The translations under genes and the position numbers were made by a program. Below are positions 13,230 through 28,289 of a stretch of DNA of 64,000 nucleotides, in pieces. The stretch lies in the NCBI GenBank assembly GCA_951406725.2, contig OX597816.1, positions 110,112,001 through 110,176,000 of the forward strand. Direction: 5' to 3'. Every line of letters starts with the position of its first letter. The stretch's first letter is position 1. Source of the stretch: Octopus vulgaris. Lineage: Eukaryota. The notes beneath the pieces were generated by a model. That model saw only the letters and a program-made list of their open reading frames with translations. It did no database searches and was not told the DNA's origin.

Positions 13230-15922
13230 GACTGTCTTGCTATAGATTTCTCCTACTATATTTCAGTCAGCTTACTGTTACTGTAGTATGCAAGCAGACA
13301 CACAAACACGTATATGTTTATATATGTCAGTGCATTTGTACATTTGTGAATGTAATTATGATTTGTAAATCTATAAGCAGTGGCCGATACGTGTTCTCTC
13401 CTATTTGTGACTATTTTGATTTACAAAATCCTGTCACATGAACACCCATTTACTAAATAAACGCCTTTGGGTTAATTAACGAACGAATTATTCTGATCGG
13501 AATTATTGACTAATAACCTTGAGCTATTGAGTTCAAAGTCAGCTTCAACATCTGTAGGCTGCAGATTAATATGTAGGAAATAATATGCTAATTACGGAAT
13601 TCAGTATAACTTTTACTTTATAAGCTGGATACATCAAAAATATTTACATTATACCAAGTAAAAAAACATCAAAGTAAAATCTTTATACAAGGCAGTATTT
13701 CCATTTGACCTAAAAAGTAGCCATTTCTCCCATAAAATACACAATGCCTTTAGAACAAAAAATGTTGGCCAACGAATAATTTGTAATATTGAAAAAACAT
13801 AATGGCATCACTGCTAAACTCAAAGTTTAGTAATTTCAGTTACTTTCTTTTTCTCAATGGACTACATATTCACTCCGTATATTGAGTATAAATATCCATT
13901 CAAGATTGGAAATAAAAACCCAACCTCATGTTTAGTAGTACTATAAAGGTAATATGTTTAATTACATTATGATAGAATGTAGTTCAATATTCACCTAGTA
14001 ACTTGTGTGAAAGCATTGGGGAAAAGAAATATAAGCCATATATTAATCACTTGAAGAGTTGCTTTAGTAGAGAATAAATTCTAAACTCTATAGATAGAGA
14101 ATTTAAAGCGAAATATTCCAGTGTTGTGTGCATTGGCAGCTTGAAAATTGATAATTCATTGTATATGTTTAGTTGCTCCTATTGATAATGAAAATGTAAA
14201 AAAATATTGGGAACAAAATAAATTAATATAAAGATTTATAAACTAAACCACAAAATTGTTTTTATCTATTCACTCTTTATAGTACGAAGAAAATATGATG
14301 GGATAAATGATAATCTAACAGATATAAGACATGTACAAATTACTCTAGTATAATAGGACGCTCATTATCGAAATAGATAAGCAGATAGTTCACTAAACTC
14401 AAAACTAAGAAAACATTTGGACAGATAGAGAGCATTAAGAATATATATCTTTAATGTTCCTCATTACTACTTAAATCTGATTTTCGATTTGCTTTTGTTT
14501 TTTTTCTTTTGAAAAGTTTTAATGTAGCATCCAATGTATCACGAATAATACCTACACGTATAAAACCTTACTCCTCAACGCTCAAACAATCACAGCCGTT
14601 GTGTACACATTGTTTATATAGCAAATACCTTAAAATATATCAAAATGTATTTGTACACCAGACGTTCCACTGTAATCTATATTTGACATTGTAATAGAGT
14701 TCGTTTGGTAATGTTAAACTCACGCTTAAATTAAAATTTCAGCCAACATATAGTAATAGGTACAAGATAGTTATTTATAAAGTTATATTCTCACAGTGTC
14801 GATCATTATAGTTGTTACAGAGAAAGTATTTATCGGCCGAATCATATAAATATTTGGACATAATTCATACTTTTATAACTTTGCCCTTTCACGTGTTTTT
14901 ATAGCGTTCAATATATCTATCATGTTTAAGTACTCAGTCAGTTGTTTAATTTTATACGTATATCCCCCCTTTAGCTTCATTGCTGTTGTTTCTCTCATTT
15001 TAAGCTTACTAAACATTTGCCAGTATTTTGGACATCATTCTCCTCTCTTTTGATTATACTGCTGAGATGTCTAACTTGATTCTATCTAAGTACTGAGTGC
15101 ATTTTACTTCTACTTTCTACACTTTCTCAAAGATATAATCTTCTCACCTGCATCAAAACATTTGTTATCTGCCATACATAAAGCATTGTTTTCTTTATCT
15201 TTCCAAATTTCACAACAATTTACAGATTATTAAGTGTAGAAAAGTACCAATATCGGTGGAATTGTACCCATGGACACAATTTTTTGCTTAAACGTTAAGT
15301 ATAAGTTTCATATGCAGGAACACATGCACTCAATTACCGCCACATATTTTCCTGATTTTCTCATAATGAAGCAATGGTGACATCTTATCATAGTTGTGTG
15401 ACACGAACTTCCATCACACGCATACATATTTTTCCACTTAAACGTATTTATTTGCATACAATGGCTTGAGGAAATACACAGATTATATATAATAAAATCA
15501 AGTGGATGTCAAACTATTCGAAAATCTAAATAACAAATATGAAAATGGCTCTCATTTTTGGGAAACATATAGGTATTAAAGTATATGAAAGGCTAATAAA
15601 TTAGCATATAAAATAAATTGACTATTTCATTGTATACCATTTAAGCAACAGATATTTAATGCCTACAAAATATTTCACTAACAGTTATTACAACAATTAA
15701 GGAGGAAACTTTTCACCTTCTTCCATTAAACAAATAATTGGCACCATCTTTCTAAAAAAAAGTCTTAAAATTATCATCAATCAATAATGCATCTGTGAGA
15801 GACTATTCCAAAAAATGTTCATATTTTAAATAGAAAAAATGGGAAATGAAACAAATAAATCATTATACTTTATAGAGAAAAAAATTGATATCGAGATATG
15901 TATATATGTATGCATGTATGTA

Positions 15923-15960
<38 letters not shown>

Positions 15961-16052
15961 TGCGTGTGTGTGTGTATATATATATATATATAAACATATA
16001 CACAAATATACATCCGTACATATACATACAATACATACATACACATAAATAC

Positions 16053-16168
<116 letters not shown>

Positions 16169-16344
16169 ATCTGCTTGTGTGTGCTTCTGAGTGTAAGCGT
16201 CTAATTGATAGTGATAGAAATATTATTTGGAAATTATATATATAATTTTAAAAATCTATATAAATCTATCTTGCTCTCCGCTATTCGTATTATGTGCATA
16301 ATTGGTTTCACTATAATTAATTATTTCACAGAATTATTCTTATT

Positions 16345-16530
16345 ATATGGTGAATCGTATGGTATGCTGGCAGAGACACCTGGAAAAATGCTTCGCGGCA
16401 TTTCACCCATCTTTTGCCCTTCATACTTTCGGGTGCAATGAATTAAGTACCAGTCAAACAGTGGGGTTCATATAATCGACTGGTCCCCTCCATCATAAAT
16501 TTAAGCCTTGTGCCTTTAGTAGAAAGGATT
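16345..16530 (+). mobile_element. Degenerate type B-related SINE with (ATT)n tail
   Basis: GCTGGCAGA...TTGCCCTTCATACTTTCGGG...ATTAAGTACCAGT...TGGGGTT...TAATCGAC resembles 11706-11938. Confidence 0.65.
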
Positions 16531-19500
16531 TTAATTATTATTAGTATTATTATCCTCATCATTATTGTTATTATCATTTTTATTGTTGTTTTTCTATATT
16601 AATTATTATTGTTGCTGTTGTTTTGCGGTAGTTGAACGTGTTTCAGGAGCTCGGTACTTTTGGCTCACATTATTTTCAGAGGCGTGTATTTGTTAATTTT
16701 ATTGTTAAGCCAACCAAAACTGTAATGGACTAGCTGACTACTCATTTTCCTATTCATTTTACTGTACAAAATACTAAGAAGGATATTTTAAATATCAAAA
16801 CAATCTTTATAAAACGGCTCCCACACTGCTGTTTTTCCCTTGCAAGCTAACAATATAGCAGGCTGGCAGGGGATTTGCGGCTGAGACTGATGTTTTGGCA
16901 GCTCCCATTATATGACACAAGAGCAGTACTATAGCAATAGCATCAGTAGCATGGACAAGAGTAATTATAGCACTAACCATAACAGAAGATACAGCTGCAA
17001 AAATGATTACAGCAACTGCACAAGCGATAGCAACAATAACAGCAGTAACAGAAACTTTAAGAGCAGCGTCGATGAGTCCAACAGAATACCAAAATCACTC
17101 CGCGTCAAAGGACAGTATTGCCACAGCTATCCTCCTAGTAGCAACAAACTATAACGGCAATAATGAAGAGTCTGTCATCACACCAGTTACATATAATAAT
17201 GGCACCATCTATAAGAAATAAGGTAACAGCAAGAACGGCTGTAGAAACAACTGCCAAGACTAAAATGTAATGTTATCAATAAACATGTGATGTTGAAACA
17301 AATGCATCAACTCTTGTAATCCGTAGGTATATACAAAAAACAGAATATACCTTGACAGATTTTAAACACTCATTGTTAAAACATCACTAACGTCCTCAAT
17401 TAGTTGAGGACGTTGAAGGAGATTAACTGTCCTATTTTCTGGAAATAACGAGAATGTATACATTGACAGACAAGGCAAGACTTTTAGAGGGTGAGCGAAG
17501 TAGTATTCCGGGATATGTTTACTGTATCATCTGCTCTTTTACACTAGCTTTATGAAATTTCACTTTTTTCACCCCCAAATTGTTAAGCTAACAGATCGTT
17601 TTGTATCAGCTTGATTCGAAATAGAGCTGAACTTTAGGACGCTTGTTTAACGATCTTATGTAACAAGTTTAGATGTATAGTTTAATGCAATCACTTGCAT
17701 AATATTTAGAAAATTACGTCGTGCGTACATTTTTCAACCGGACAGGATTGAGTTTGTATAAATGTTGTTTTCGAAAGCCTGAATCTGAACAGGAAGCGAA
17801 CATTTCTAAAACCAAATGGAAATTCAATGATCCAGAACATCATATATAGTGGTAGGAATAATTTTCCAGTAATAACAATTTTCCCCCTTAAAAAGAACAA
17901 AACGGCCAGAATTTGTAATACCTGTAAATATGTTGTTTGCAATATGGCAGTCATTAGCGCTGGCTAACAAACATTCGCTACGGCTGTGTTGGAATATGTG
18001 ATAAATTAGTGACTTACTCAAGCCTTACAATCCTAATGAAGAGTTTCCAGCTATGGTATATACTTGCCTATGTTAGAAACGCTCATCTACACTAGTGGAT
18101 TGGCAGAATCATTGGGATGCCCTACAAAATCATTAGCGGTATTTGCCCCAGCTCTTTACGCTCCCATTTCAAGAACACGCTACACCCATGTTAAATTTGT
18201 TGTACATATTTTCTGATTGAGATATAAAATACTAGATAGTGCTGGGAGCGATTTCATTGTCAAACACCCGTTCATAATTTACGATATTGTCGCCATGTTA
18301 GAACAGAATTGAAACTGTTCGTATTTTCAATAGCTACAAGTAAATACTTCCTGTTGTGTCAGGTGAAACATGCATTGTAAAACTGCATATACTATTAGCA
18401 TTTAGGCGCAGAAAAGAGATGGAGGTAATATGTTCTATTAAACATCTGGTTTAAAGGAATTTGCCCCAGTGTTTCTGGTTTTATTTTAGATATTCATAGA
18501 CAGTTTCAGTGTCGTGTGTTGCGTAATGATATTATATGATACCTGTAAGATAATGGAGAACGTTTTGTCAGTGACGTATTGAATTTAATGTACGTTGTTT
18601 AGAAGGCAAATGTTTAAGTTTGAGTGAAGAGTAGGAATCATTGGTTTATGTGTGTATTTCATTTTTTTTTATGTTCAACATCTCATTATAATTTCCAGAG
18701 AAGCAATTTATATTCCTACCTTTAAACTTAAGGTTCCGTATCCAATTTATTTCTGTTTCAGAACACTTTTTTTGTTTTTTACTTTCATGCCATTTTGATT
18801 TTTACACAGCAATATTTCTTGATGGAAGAAATGTCATGTCACTGAGACCTCCGAACTCTTCGCTAGTTGTTCGATATATTACTGACAAAGTCCTACCATC
18901 ACATTCACACGGTGAATAATCAGTTATATCTGTTATCTTTTTGTTTCAATTAATAGAATAGTTTACTACATACTCTGTATTTCGTTTTACTTCTCTTCTC
19001 GAATCTTCTCTGATCACTATTTTATATAAACTATTTCACCATTAGATGTAACTTATTTTTATCGACCTAGTGCAATTTATGTTCCAATAATCAACGCTTT
19101 TCTGATATCTAATTCATTCTCTCTAATAAAAAGCAATGCTCCCAGACCTTTTACTTTCAACATATAATTCCAACTTAAAATATCTATCACATAGGTCATT
19201 GGTAGATCATTCTCTTTCAGACTATATTGACGTCCTTTATTTCCTATTCATTTCCCACAGCCAGATAAAGTTAACTCTTCTGAGGAATTATTTACCTAAA
19301 AGATTATATATTTATTGCAGAAAATAGTTTTCTTCCCAATAAATATAGCAGTATCTTAAATTTCACTTCAAATTTTAAATGATATTCTTGCGTTGACTGC
19401 GAGCAAGAATTGCTTACCCAATGTTGATATTGAACTCAGAATATAAGATTTTATGGATAAGAAATACATTAAAAACTATAAACATGTTATGCGACGGCTA

Positions 19501-20189
19501 CTGATTTTATTGAACCTCAAATCATGCAAATGAAATTTGATGCTGACAGGTTTTATATTAAGAAGGTAGAAGAATGAAATCATACTTTCTAAGGCAAATT
19601 CTCATAAATCAAAATAAGATAGGATATACTTTAAATCATATGGACAAGTTCCATGCCTATTTATCCATACATTTTATCGGCATGTAGAAAGCATACGCAT
19701 TGATGAAAAGGTCAGTTAAAGGACTGGAATTGTAAAATTTCTAGAAGGTGTTCTGGGGCACCGTGATACAGTAAGACTTGTTGAAAGAAGGAAGGACAAA
19801 TGTATCAGGTGGTCCTCAGTGCATCTGTGATTCAATTCAGTATTTCAGAGGAGCTGATACTATTGTAGTAGTGACAGAATAGTGAGGGAAAGGAAAATGT
19901 TTAATCTGTTTGTAACATGTTTGTGAAAGTATATTTTCAAAACAGTCAAAGTGACAGTCATCATTTCAACGCACCCGAAACAGATCTTGTGTTACATAAG
20001 TAACAACGTTGTTTAATATCGAATTTGTATACCCATAATTAAATCAAAATACCTTTAATCAAATCAATATTAAATTAATATTACTTCCCTTGTTGTTATG
20101 TGGAGTAATGTATTTTTAAATAAAATAAATTATATTATGAAGTTTAATCTAGCAAAATAATATTATTATCAAATTATCTTAATGCTTTT

Positions 20190-20410
20190 ATTTCCTGCTT
20201 GTTTTATTCACTGGAGTGGCACATAGTCTTGAAAAGCATCGTCGAACAAATCAACTCAGGTAATTACATTCTTTACCTCTGGTACTCATTCCATTGTTGT
20301 TTTGCTGAACCATTAGAGTATTGGACGTAAACATTGGTTGCAAAGCGATGTTGGAGGGACAAACACAGACTCACAAACATATATACAGATACAGACACAC
20401 ATATATATAC

Positions 20411-20472
<62 letters not shown>

Positions 20473-20600
20473 ATTTATATGACAGGCTTCTTTCAGTTTC
20501 CGTCTACCAAATCTATTCACAAGGCTTTGATTGGCCCGAGGCTATATTAGAAGACACTTCCCCAAGGTCTCACGCAGTGGGACAGAACCCGGAATTATGT
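20190..20600 (-). mobile_element. Type A SINE, diverged
   Basis: CTTCTTTCAGTTTCCGTCTACCAAATC...GGCCCGAGGCTATA.TAGAAGACACTT.CCCAAGG is the reverse complement of the type A head. Confidence 0.8.
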
Positions 20601-20724
20601 ACATACATTCATAAATGTATACAAACGTAAACATAATACGTATATACATATACACACAGAATATGTATGTGTGTGCGTATGTATATAAATATATCTGTAT
20701 CTATATAAATATGTACTATTATTT

Positions 20725-20777
<53 letters not shown>

Positions 20778-20780
<3 letters not shown>

Positions 20781-21040
20781 TAACGGGAAAGTTTACGAAA
20801 ACAAACAAAAGATGAAGGCAGGTGGAGTACAAACAAACAAATGTATTAGTATAGCGCTCAGGATTATAGAAATAGAAATAGAAATAGAAAAAGTATTTTA
20901 CGTTTCGAGCCTACGCTCTTCGACAGAAAGATACACAGAAAAAAACAAGGAGAGAAACAAGGAGAGAAAAAAACAAGGAGAGAAACAAGGAGAGAAAAAA
21001 TGCGTGTTGGAGCTAAAGATCTATCATGGCGTCCTATGCA
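20778..21040 (-). mobile_element. ~260 bp non-coding element between (TA)n arrays carrying an ultra-minimal HHR-like motif
   Basis: 20893-20934 minus: uuu-CUGUCGA-a-gagc-guag-gcuc-GAAAC-GUA-aaa. Confidence 0.6.
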
Positions 21041-22372
21041 TATATATATATATATATATATATACTTATATACACTTATATACAAAAAATGTTATACAAA
21101 ATGTATGGAAATCATTACAAGTTTTCTGCGCACATTTTCTCTAACATGTGACCACAGATATGAAAGATCATTTGTAGAATTCAAGAAGAAAAAAATTGGT
21201 ATTTAAAAATAGATTAATCCTTTATTTTCTCAAAAATGTAATTATACATCTCTTTTATTATCCTTACTAGTATGATTATTTTGTTGTTTACCTAAATTAT
21301 TTTTGTGTGCATAGTTATTTAGTTAAAAGTGAAATAACTATGGGCTATATCTAATTACCATAATGTAACAATTAATATGTACCTCGAACTGCCAAAATTA
21401 TGATTATAAGCAGACGAATCTAAATCTATGTAAGCCGACAGGCGTGGCATCCCGCAAAGACAACGAGATGATGACACACCAGTTGAACAATAAAGAGATG
21501 CAAGAAATATGTAATTCTTCCAGTCTATCTATTTACGCCATAAAAATCTTAGAATGGTCCTCCATCGTCATAATGTAAAAACAAGTTTGTGCTTAATAAT
21601 GAAGAGACTAAAGAGTTTGCACGGTTTATATTTTCTGAATTTTTATTTCCATTAATACTTCATGTAGTATTCATTTCATTTGTATCTCTGGGTATTTAAT
21701 TGCTGCGCTTTGTCAATAGATTGCTAAAAGCGGCATAAGGGTATGAAATACGCGGAGACTAATGATGTTCCAGCAGTGCTCTCGATCCTACTCAAACGAA
21801 GACATGCAGGTGCACAGTTACTGTTGGATCATATTAATGCAATTATATGTCTAAAACTTAGCAATTGCCATCTGGTCTTGATGCGCAGGAACAATTGAAG
21901 TAATTTGGAATAAAGCGTGTTCATTCTATCTTCCTGTATTAAAATCTTTTGTATTCATTCTTTGTATACATTTTCGGATTTCCACATGTATAGCCAGTTA
22001 ACTGAAAGGTTCTACTCTGTGATAACATATAATAACCGATTCCAGAAAAGAAGCTTTAGAAAGCACGTTATAAGGTCATTAACGAGTTTGTATTTATACA
22101 CAAACACACACACACACGCACACAGACACACACACGCGCGCGCGCGCACAAACACACACACAAACACACTCACACACATTTACATACAAACACAAACACA
22201 CGTGCAGCTAGTTGGCAGAGTTTCACAAAAGGAAAGTCTAAAGATGACTGTTTTAGAACAACTACACTACTAGAAACAAAATCTAAAGGCTCTATCATCC
22301 ATAAAACCTTTCATGGAGTATAGCTCCATGCTCGTAGCTCAGCTGTCCAGAAAGACGCGAACTGTGCCGACC

Positions 22373-22416
22373 CTTCTAATGATGCTTGGGTCTTAAGCTG
22401 AAACCGTACGGTAAAA
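22373..22416 (+). ncRNA. Decayed hammerhead motif (G5A)
   Basis: uu-CUAAUGA-ugcuuggg-u-cuuaagcu-GAAAC-CGUACG-GUA-aa; palindromic stem III. Confidence 0.55.
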
Positions 22417-22510
22417 ATATACCACACACGGCCATCCATGGTCAGTGCCGGCATACAATTAAAGCTGCGTTAACATTGTAGATATTTAGCTCTTATTTCT
22501 AGCGGTGTAC

Positions 22511-22582
<72 letters not shown>

Positions 22583-23194
22583 GTACACCGCTATATATAT
22601 ATATATATATATATATAACATAGCAGTTTTGTGAAATGAACAGTAGTGTGACAAGTATCTTATCATATATTCATATATCAGGAAATTATACCCACCTTAT
22701 TATGGATTAATTATGGATGGATTCATCGTCTGTGAGTATGAAATATCTCCTCATATCTCCGGTAATTGCACCTACATTATGGGTGGATTTACCTTTTCTG
22801 TGAATCTAACAAGCTTATTTAAAGCCTGTTATAAGACTGTGCATCATTAAAGAACTTTGGAAATCTGCTTACAATCTAAATTTGCTTTTTATAGAACTAT
22901 CTTTGATACTTCATGAGTGTAGCCTCACCCCCTAGGATGCTTGGAGAACTCATATGTGTTTTGGCTGATGAGTACGGGACACTTGTATTTGCTGCAAAAT
23001 TTGCAGCTTTTAATAAAGCTGGTTTTCGTATGAAACAATTGTACTGAAAAACTAATCCATTCTTGTTGCTTTTTTCTTGCTTATAATCACCCCACATTAT
23101 TTTCTGGTTAATACCATATAGATTTCTGGTGCATCTAAGTTAAGTACCGCATTCATGTGAATACAATAGAACTCACTTGAATCTTAATTGCTCT

Positions 23195-23276
<82 letters not shown>

Positions 23277-24162
23277 TATATATACATATACATACACAAA
23301 CATACATACACACGTATATCTATGCGTACATACATCTGGCACATATATATGTATATAAAAATACTTATGTACATATAATTATATGTATGTGTGGTGTATG
23401 TATGTGTGAGTACTTCGGTATACAGGCATTCGTGCGTATACGTGTATGGCTACTTAAACAAATATATCTACCAAAACATGTAAATGTAAATTTTCGTTCC
23501 AAATTAAAAATGAAATACATATGAGAAAAAATAAATTATTCCAATATGTAATTTACATCAATTTAATTTTCTTACTTTCATTAGCTGCTACATTTCATAA
23601 ATTGTTAATTCTAGCTACTTACATTTTGCAAATAGTAATTCATTTATCTAATGTACGTTATTTCTTTGACACTGTTTTTTTTGTTTATGATGCAGGAATA
23701 GTTTTGGTTAGATGACTATGGAAATAATTGTTGGAATTGAATACTGATCTGCACAAATTATCATCACTTCACAACAAGTAAACCTAGGTAATAATCTTTA
23801 TTCAAGTTTCATGAACTCTTCTATGGAATCGCATATTTCCAAGCGACACTGTTTTCTGTACCTGCCCTGACTTCACTCTAACTCATCTCTCTTCAATCCA
23901 TTTTGCTCTCGTTAGATCTTCACTTAAACTTACCATATCCGAACTTCTCTTTTTCCTTTTCCAATAGTGTCTCAACACGAGGGCAAAGACTTTCATATTT
24001 AAACAGGGTTTTTCCTTCTTCATTTATATTCCATATATCCCGCTTTCCTTGTTCAATTTCAACATCACATTGCATTAGTCTATTGCACAGTAACTTTACC
24101 TTGGCAATCTTGATAACCCCTGCCTTTGCTTATGTCACGTATTTGCTCTATCCAAGGTATCC

Positions 24163-24211
<49 letters not shown>

Positions 24212-24435
24212 ACAACAATAAAAAGAAAAATTATTAGTAATGATAGTGAGAATAGGAGAGGTAAAAAGAAACCTATATCATATGTTCGAATGGGTGACCA
24301 GTATAATATAAACTACCATACCAACAGGAAACGCGATAATAACATAATGTGGATTATATTCCCTTTTGCAGTCTAAATTTATAAAGTCTATTCGTTTGTA
24401 ATTGGCTATCCTGTTGCTGGTTAAATCCATGGAAT

Positions 24436-25226
24436 ATTGAAATGATACCCTTTTTGTCTATTCCACAGAATAAGAGCATACTGGAAAGCATAAGAAGGCT
24501 AGGTCTGTGAAACACGTTCAAGGTTGTTATCTCGAAGGGGATCACCAATCTTCTTTTTAATAGTTTACTATAAACGTAATGAAGGTAGAATCACACACAC
24601 ACATACACACACACACGCGCGCGCGCGCACACACACACACAGACATTCACACACATAAAATTGATAATATTGAACACAACAACACGTACACACACGAAGT
24701 TCAATCGAAATGAAATGTAATCAATATAGATGCAAAACATACATTCTGTAGCGTAGTTATGCTATAAAAACTGGATATTCACCAATTTAGAAAAATTACT
24801 ATATGTAGTCAATATCGGCGCAAAATAGGCATTGAAATGATACCATCCTGTCCATTCCACAGAATAAGAGTATACTGGAGAGCATCATAAGAGGGATGAG
24901 TCTATGAAACACGTTTAAGATTGATATCTCGAAAACGAATGAGAATATCATGATTTTCATGGGGATCATCACCCATAAAGATGGCTACTTCATTACATGT
25001 GGTCTCATTAAAACAGCGTAAAATGTTCTTTGCCATAGTTTATTATAGGCGTAACGAACACAGAAACACACACAGTCATAGAATTGATAATATTGAAGAC
25101 AGCAAAACGTACACGCCCGAAGTTCAAGTGTAACGAAATATCGCCGAACATACATTCTGTAGCATAGTTATGCTATAAAAATGAAATGTCACCAATTTAG
25201 CAAAAGTTAGTATGTGTCACCAATAT
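24436..25226. repeat. Diverged tandem duplication, period ~395 bp
   Basis: ATTGAAATGATACC...ATTCCACAGAATAAGAG and ACATACATTCTGTAGC.TAGTTATGCTATAAAAA each occur twice in the same order. Confidence 0.85.
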
Positions 25227-26039
25227 AAGAAAGTACAAAAAGTAAACATTTATTTGGAACATGTACTAAATGTAATAAAATTAACGATTGAATGAATGTC
25301 ACAGTGGAGTAAGTAAAAGTCTTAGAAAACTCAGAAGGCATAATTTATTTTACAATTTCTAAACGAACGCTGAAAGGAAGACGATGTTGTATAGAAAGGA
25401 AGAGGCTGTTGTTGTGAACGTTAATCTAAAATATTTGGTGTAAGATATATGTAGCACGATATAAATTAATTTGATATTGCTATATATATTTTGAACTATG
25501 TATCGTTACAGGTCGTAGAATAAGTACTGACTAACGCAGTAGAAATGTTGTGCGACGTTGATACTCAGTAATGAAGAAGCATACGAGGAATACGAGAAAT
25601 GTCAAACAAAAAATATCATCTTGGACCTGGTTAGAAGGAATGGAACAACATTTCTGTAATTATATTGAAAGAGCCACTGAAGCTGTCTACTTCGCCAAGT
25701 TTTCCAATTTGTTATAATGACCAGAATAACATTTTTGCAGAAGCATTTACGAGTAGTGTGAGTGGTATTAAATCAGCCAAATTTTCATTTTGGTAGTACT
25801 GGAAAGTGAAAGTTATTGTTCGTTTAAAGTCCAGGCTTAAAGTAAACTTTCAATATCGGTACGATTCACCGTTACTTGGGAGAGGTGAGTTACATACATA
25901 AGCTAACACACACACATACATTAAAGCACACATGAAGCCTATCTTGGTCCCTCTGTGTGTTTATCTCTCTCTTTGGATATGTGTGTGTGTCAGTCGTCAC
26001 AAACAGACACATACACCGTCACAAACATGTACTTATCAG

Positions 26040-26300
26040 GCATCGGCCTAACGTAGGCAACGAACGTGCGAACACATTCATATAGAAACTGTGACTTCAT
26101 CGACGTTGTGGTGGTGATATAAAATGTCGAAAACGGCAATGTTAAATTTTTGCAATGCAAATATATGAATCAAAGTATAGTTTACTTGGTAGCTTACTGA
26201 CTCTTTTGATACCCCATACATCAAAATCGGTAACTCGGTTTTGGAATGCCTAGAAAACATACGCACACACCCACACATAAAACTCTCTCCCATATATATA
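26040..26300 (-). mobile_element. Possible non-autonomous Helitron-like 5' fragment
   Basis: ATCAAAATCGG...CTAGAAAACATACGCACACAC...then TATATA, same layout as 32515-33040 and 34500-34892. Confidence 0.35.
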
Positions 26301-26302
26301 TA

Positions 26303-26354
<52 letters not shown>

Positions 26355-26399
26355 TATATGTATGTATGTGTGTATATATGTATGTATGTATATACACAT

Positions 26400-26512
26400 A
26401 TGACGTGCTTCTTTCACTTTCCGACAAGTCTATGTTCTGCCTTAGGCAATAGTAGAAGATACTTACCCAAGATCACACGCAGTAGCACTGAACATGAGGC
26501 TATGTGATTGGA

Positions 26513-26515
<3 letters not shown>
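26400..26515 (-). mobile_element. Type A SINE head fragment
   Basis: CTTCTTTCACTTTCCG...ATAGTAGAAGATACTTACCCAAG...CACGCAGT...ACTGAAC. Confidence 0.6.
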
Positions 26516-26545
<30 letters not shown>

Positions 26546-27891
26546 CAAGTCTCCGCTGTTTGTCATCCGGCACTCTTTTACTATAATTTTACATAATTTT
26601 GTGATTTGTGTATTACGATTCCACTATTTTTGTTAGAGATGCCCTTTTCTATTGTGAATGTTAATTCTTAGTTACGTACGGTGTAGGATTTTTAGTTAGT
26701 TACAATGATGTATTTACGTAAATTTAGTTATTATAGTTTAGACATATCTGTATTTGTAAAACAACTCTAAAACGATTACTTGCTTAGGTACGAAGGCCAG
26801 TGTTAGAATTTATGACGTATCTTATTGCATTGACCTTACTGGTTTGCTTGTTCTGTTATTAATGATCTGGAACAAATGAGGCAAAATATCAGATGTAACA
26901 CAATTTGAAGTCAGAAATGAATAGGAAATCAAACTCTGCCGTATTTTTTAGTATGGTAGTTAATTATTTAAACAGACTCTTCAACAACAACTACTACAAC
27001 CGAAAATCCACACATAGAGTTAACAATATATTTTCCATTATAATAATAAGCAGTGCAAAATTATATTTGTTTAATAGATATAGAACAAAACGCTATATAG
27101 ATTTCTAATATTAGTTAAAAGGCCACATATTATGTTGGTGGAAAAACTTAATCTAATTAATCCCAGTAATTGGTTGCTGCTTATTGCTCATATATTCCCG
27201 TGATTGGAAAAAGTAAAAAAATGAATTCAACCTGATAAAATATGAGATCAGGGGGTATAACTATGTAAAAGGTGAATGTAATATTTATCACCAATCTGGA
27301 ATGTCATTCAATTCTTTTGAATTATACTTTGAATATTTCAATAGTCTTTATGAATACACATACTATATGTATTCATAAAGACTGTTATTTATGCATGATT
27401 ACATGTAATTAGAGCTTAGTACAACGTTCATTAAATTGCCGATAAAGAAGTACACATTAATGTACGTGGGTGTGCACATTGCACATACAAACATATATAC
27501 ATAATCATAAATACTTGTGTGTGTGCGAGTGAGTGTGTGTTTATGTGTGCTTGTGCGTGTGTATGTATGTATGCTTGTATACACACTCACACGCACACAC
27601 ACACATATAGTACACAGGGATTACTTTCCAATCATTTGTTCTTTGTTTCAGACCAAGAGCGCAGCACTACAGAGGCAAGTGCTGCTTTAACACTGGACCG
27701 ATGAAAGACTTGCGAGTGGATATGGTAGACGTAAATTAAGAAAGAAGTCCGTCGTTCATATGCCCACACACAGAAGCACACGCACACACATACACACAGA
27801 GACACAATCATTCATCGCTCTCTTTCTCCCCCCTCTCTCTCTATATATATATTTATATCGCTTTCTCTGTCCCTCTCTCTCTCTGTCTCTC

Positions 27892-27932
<41 letters not shown>

Positions 27933-28002
27933 CGAGAGGCACAGAGGGAGACAGAGAAAGCGATATATATATATATAGAGAGAGAGAGGGGGAGAAAGAG
28001 AG

Positions 28003-28055
<53 letters not shown>

Positions 28056-28289
28056 AGACCCAACTGTAGACGGTTAGAAAGCTTGAAACATGTAGGTGGC
28101 TCGTAGACTTTATTACAAGTGGACATTATACGATAAACTATATTTATTAACATCGTTACTTTCCACATTTCTTCCTATATCGAAGTTAAAAGGAATGTCG
28201 ACAAGCTGACTGTTATCATGCAACTCACGATTTATAATTTAAAGCAAATTATTCGCCACTCAAATAGTTCAAATAACATGCGTTACTTA

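Noticed and set aside
16912-17270. Thr/Ala- or Ser/Asn-rich ORFs resembling a mucin exon
   Set aside because: Best explained as a decayed (AGC/AAC/AAT)n repeat; in-frame stops and no convincing splice pair or domain.
17389-27383. Isolated small perfect hairpins (17389-17414 and 27343-27383)
   Set aside because: No associated element, TSD or RNA motif; plausible local template-switch products or chance.
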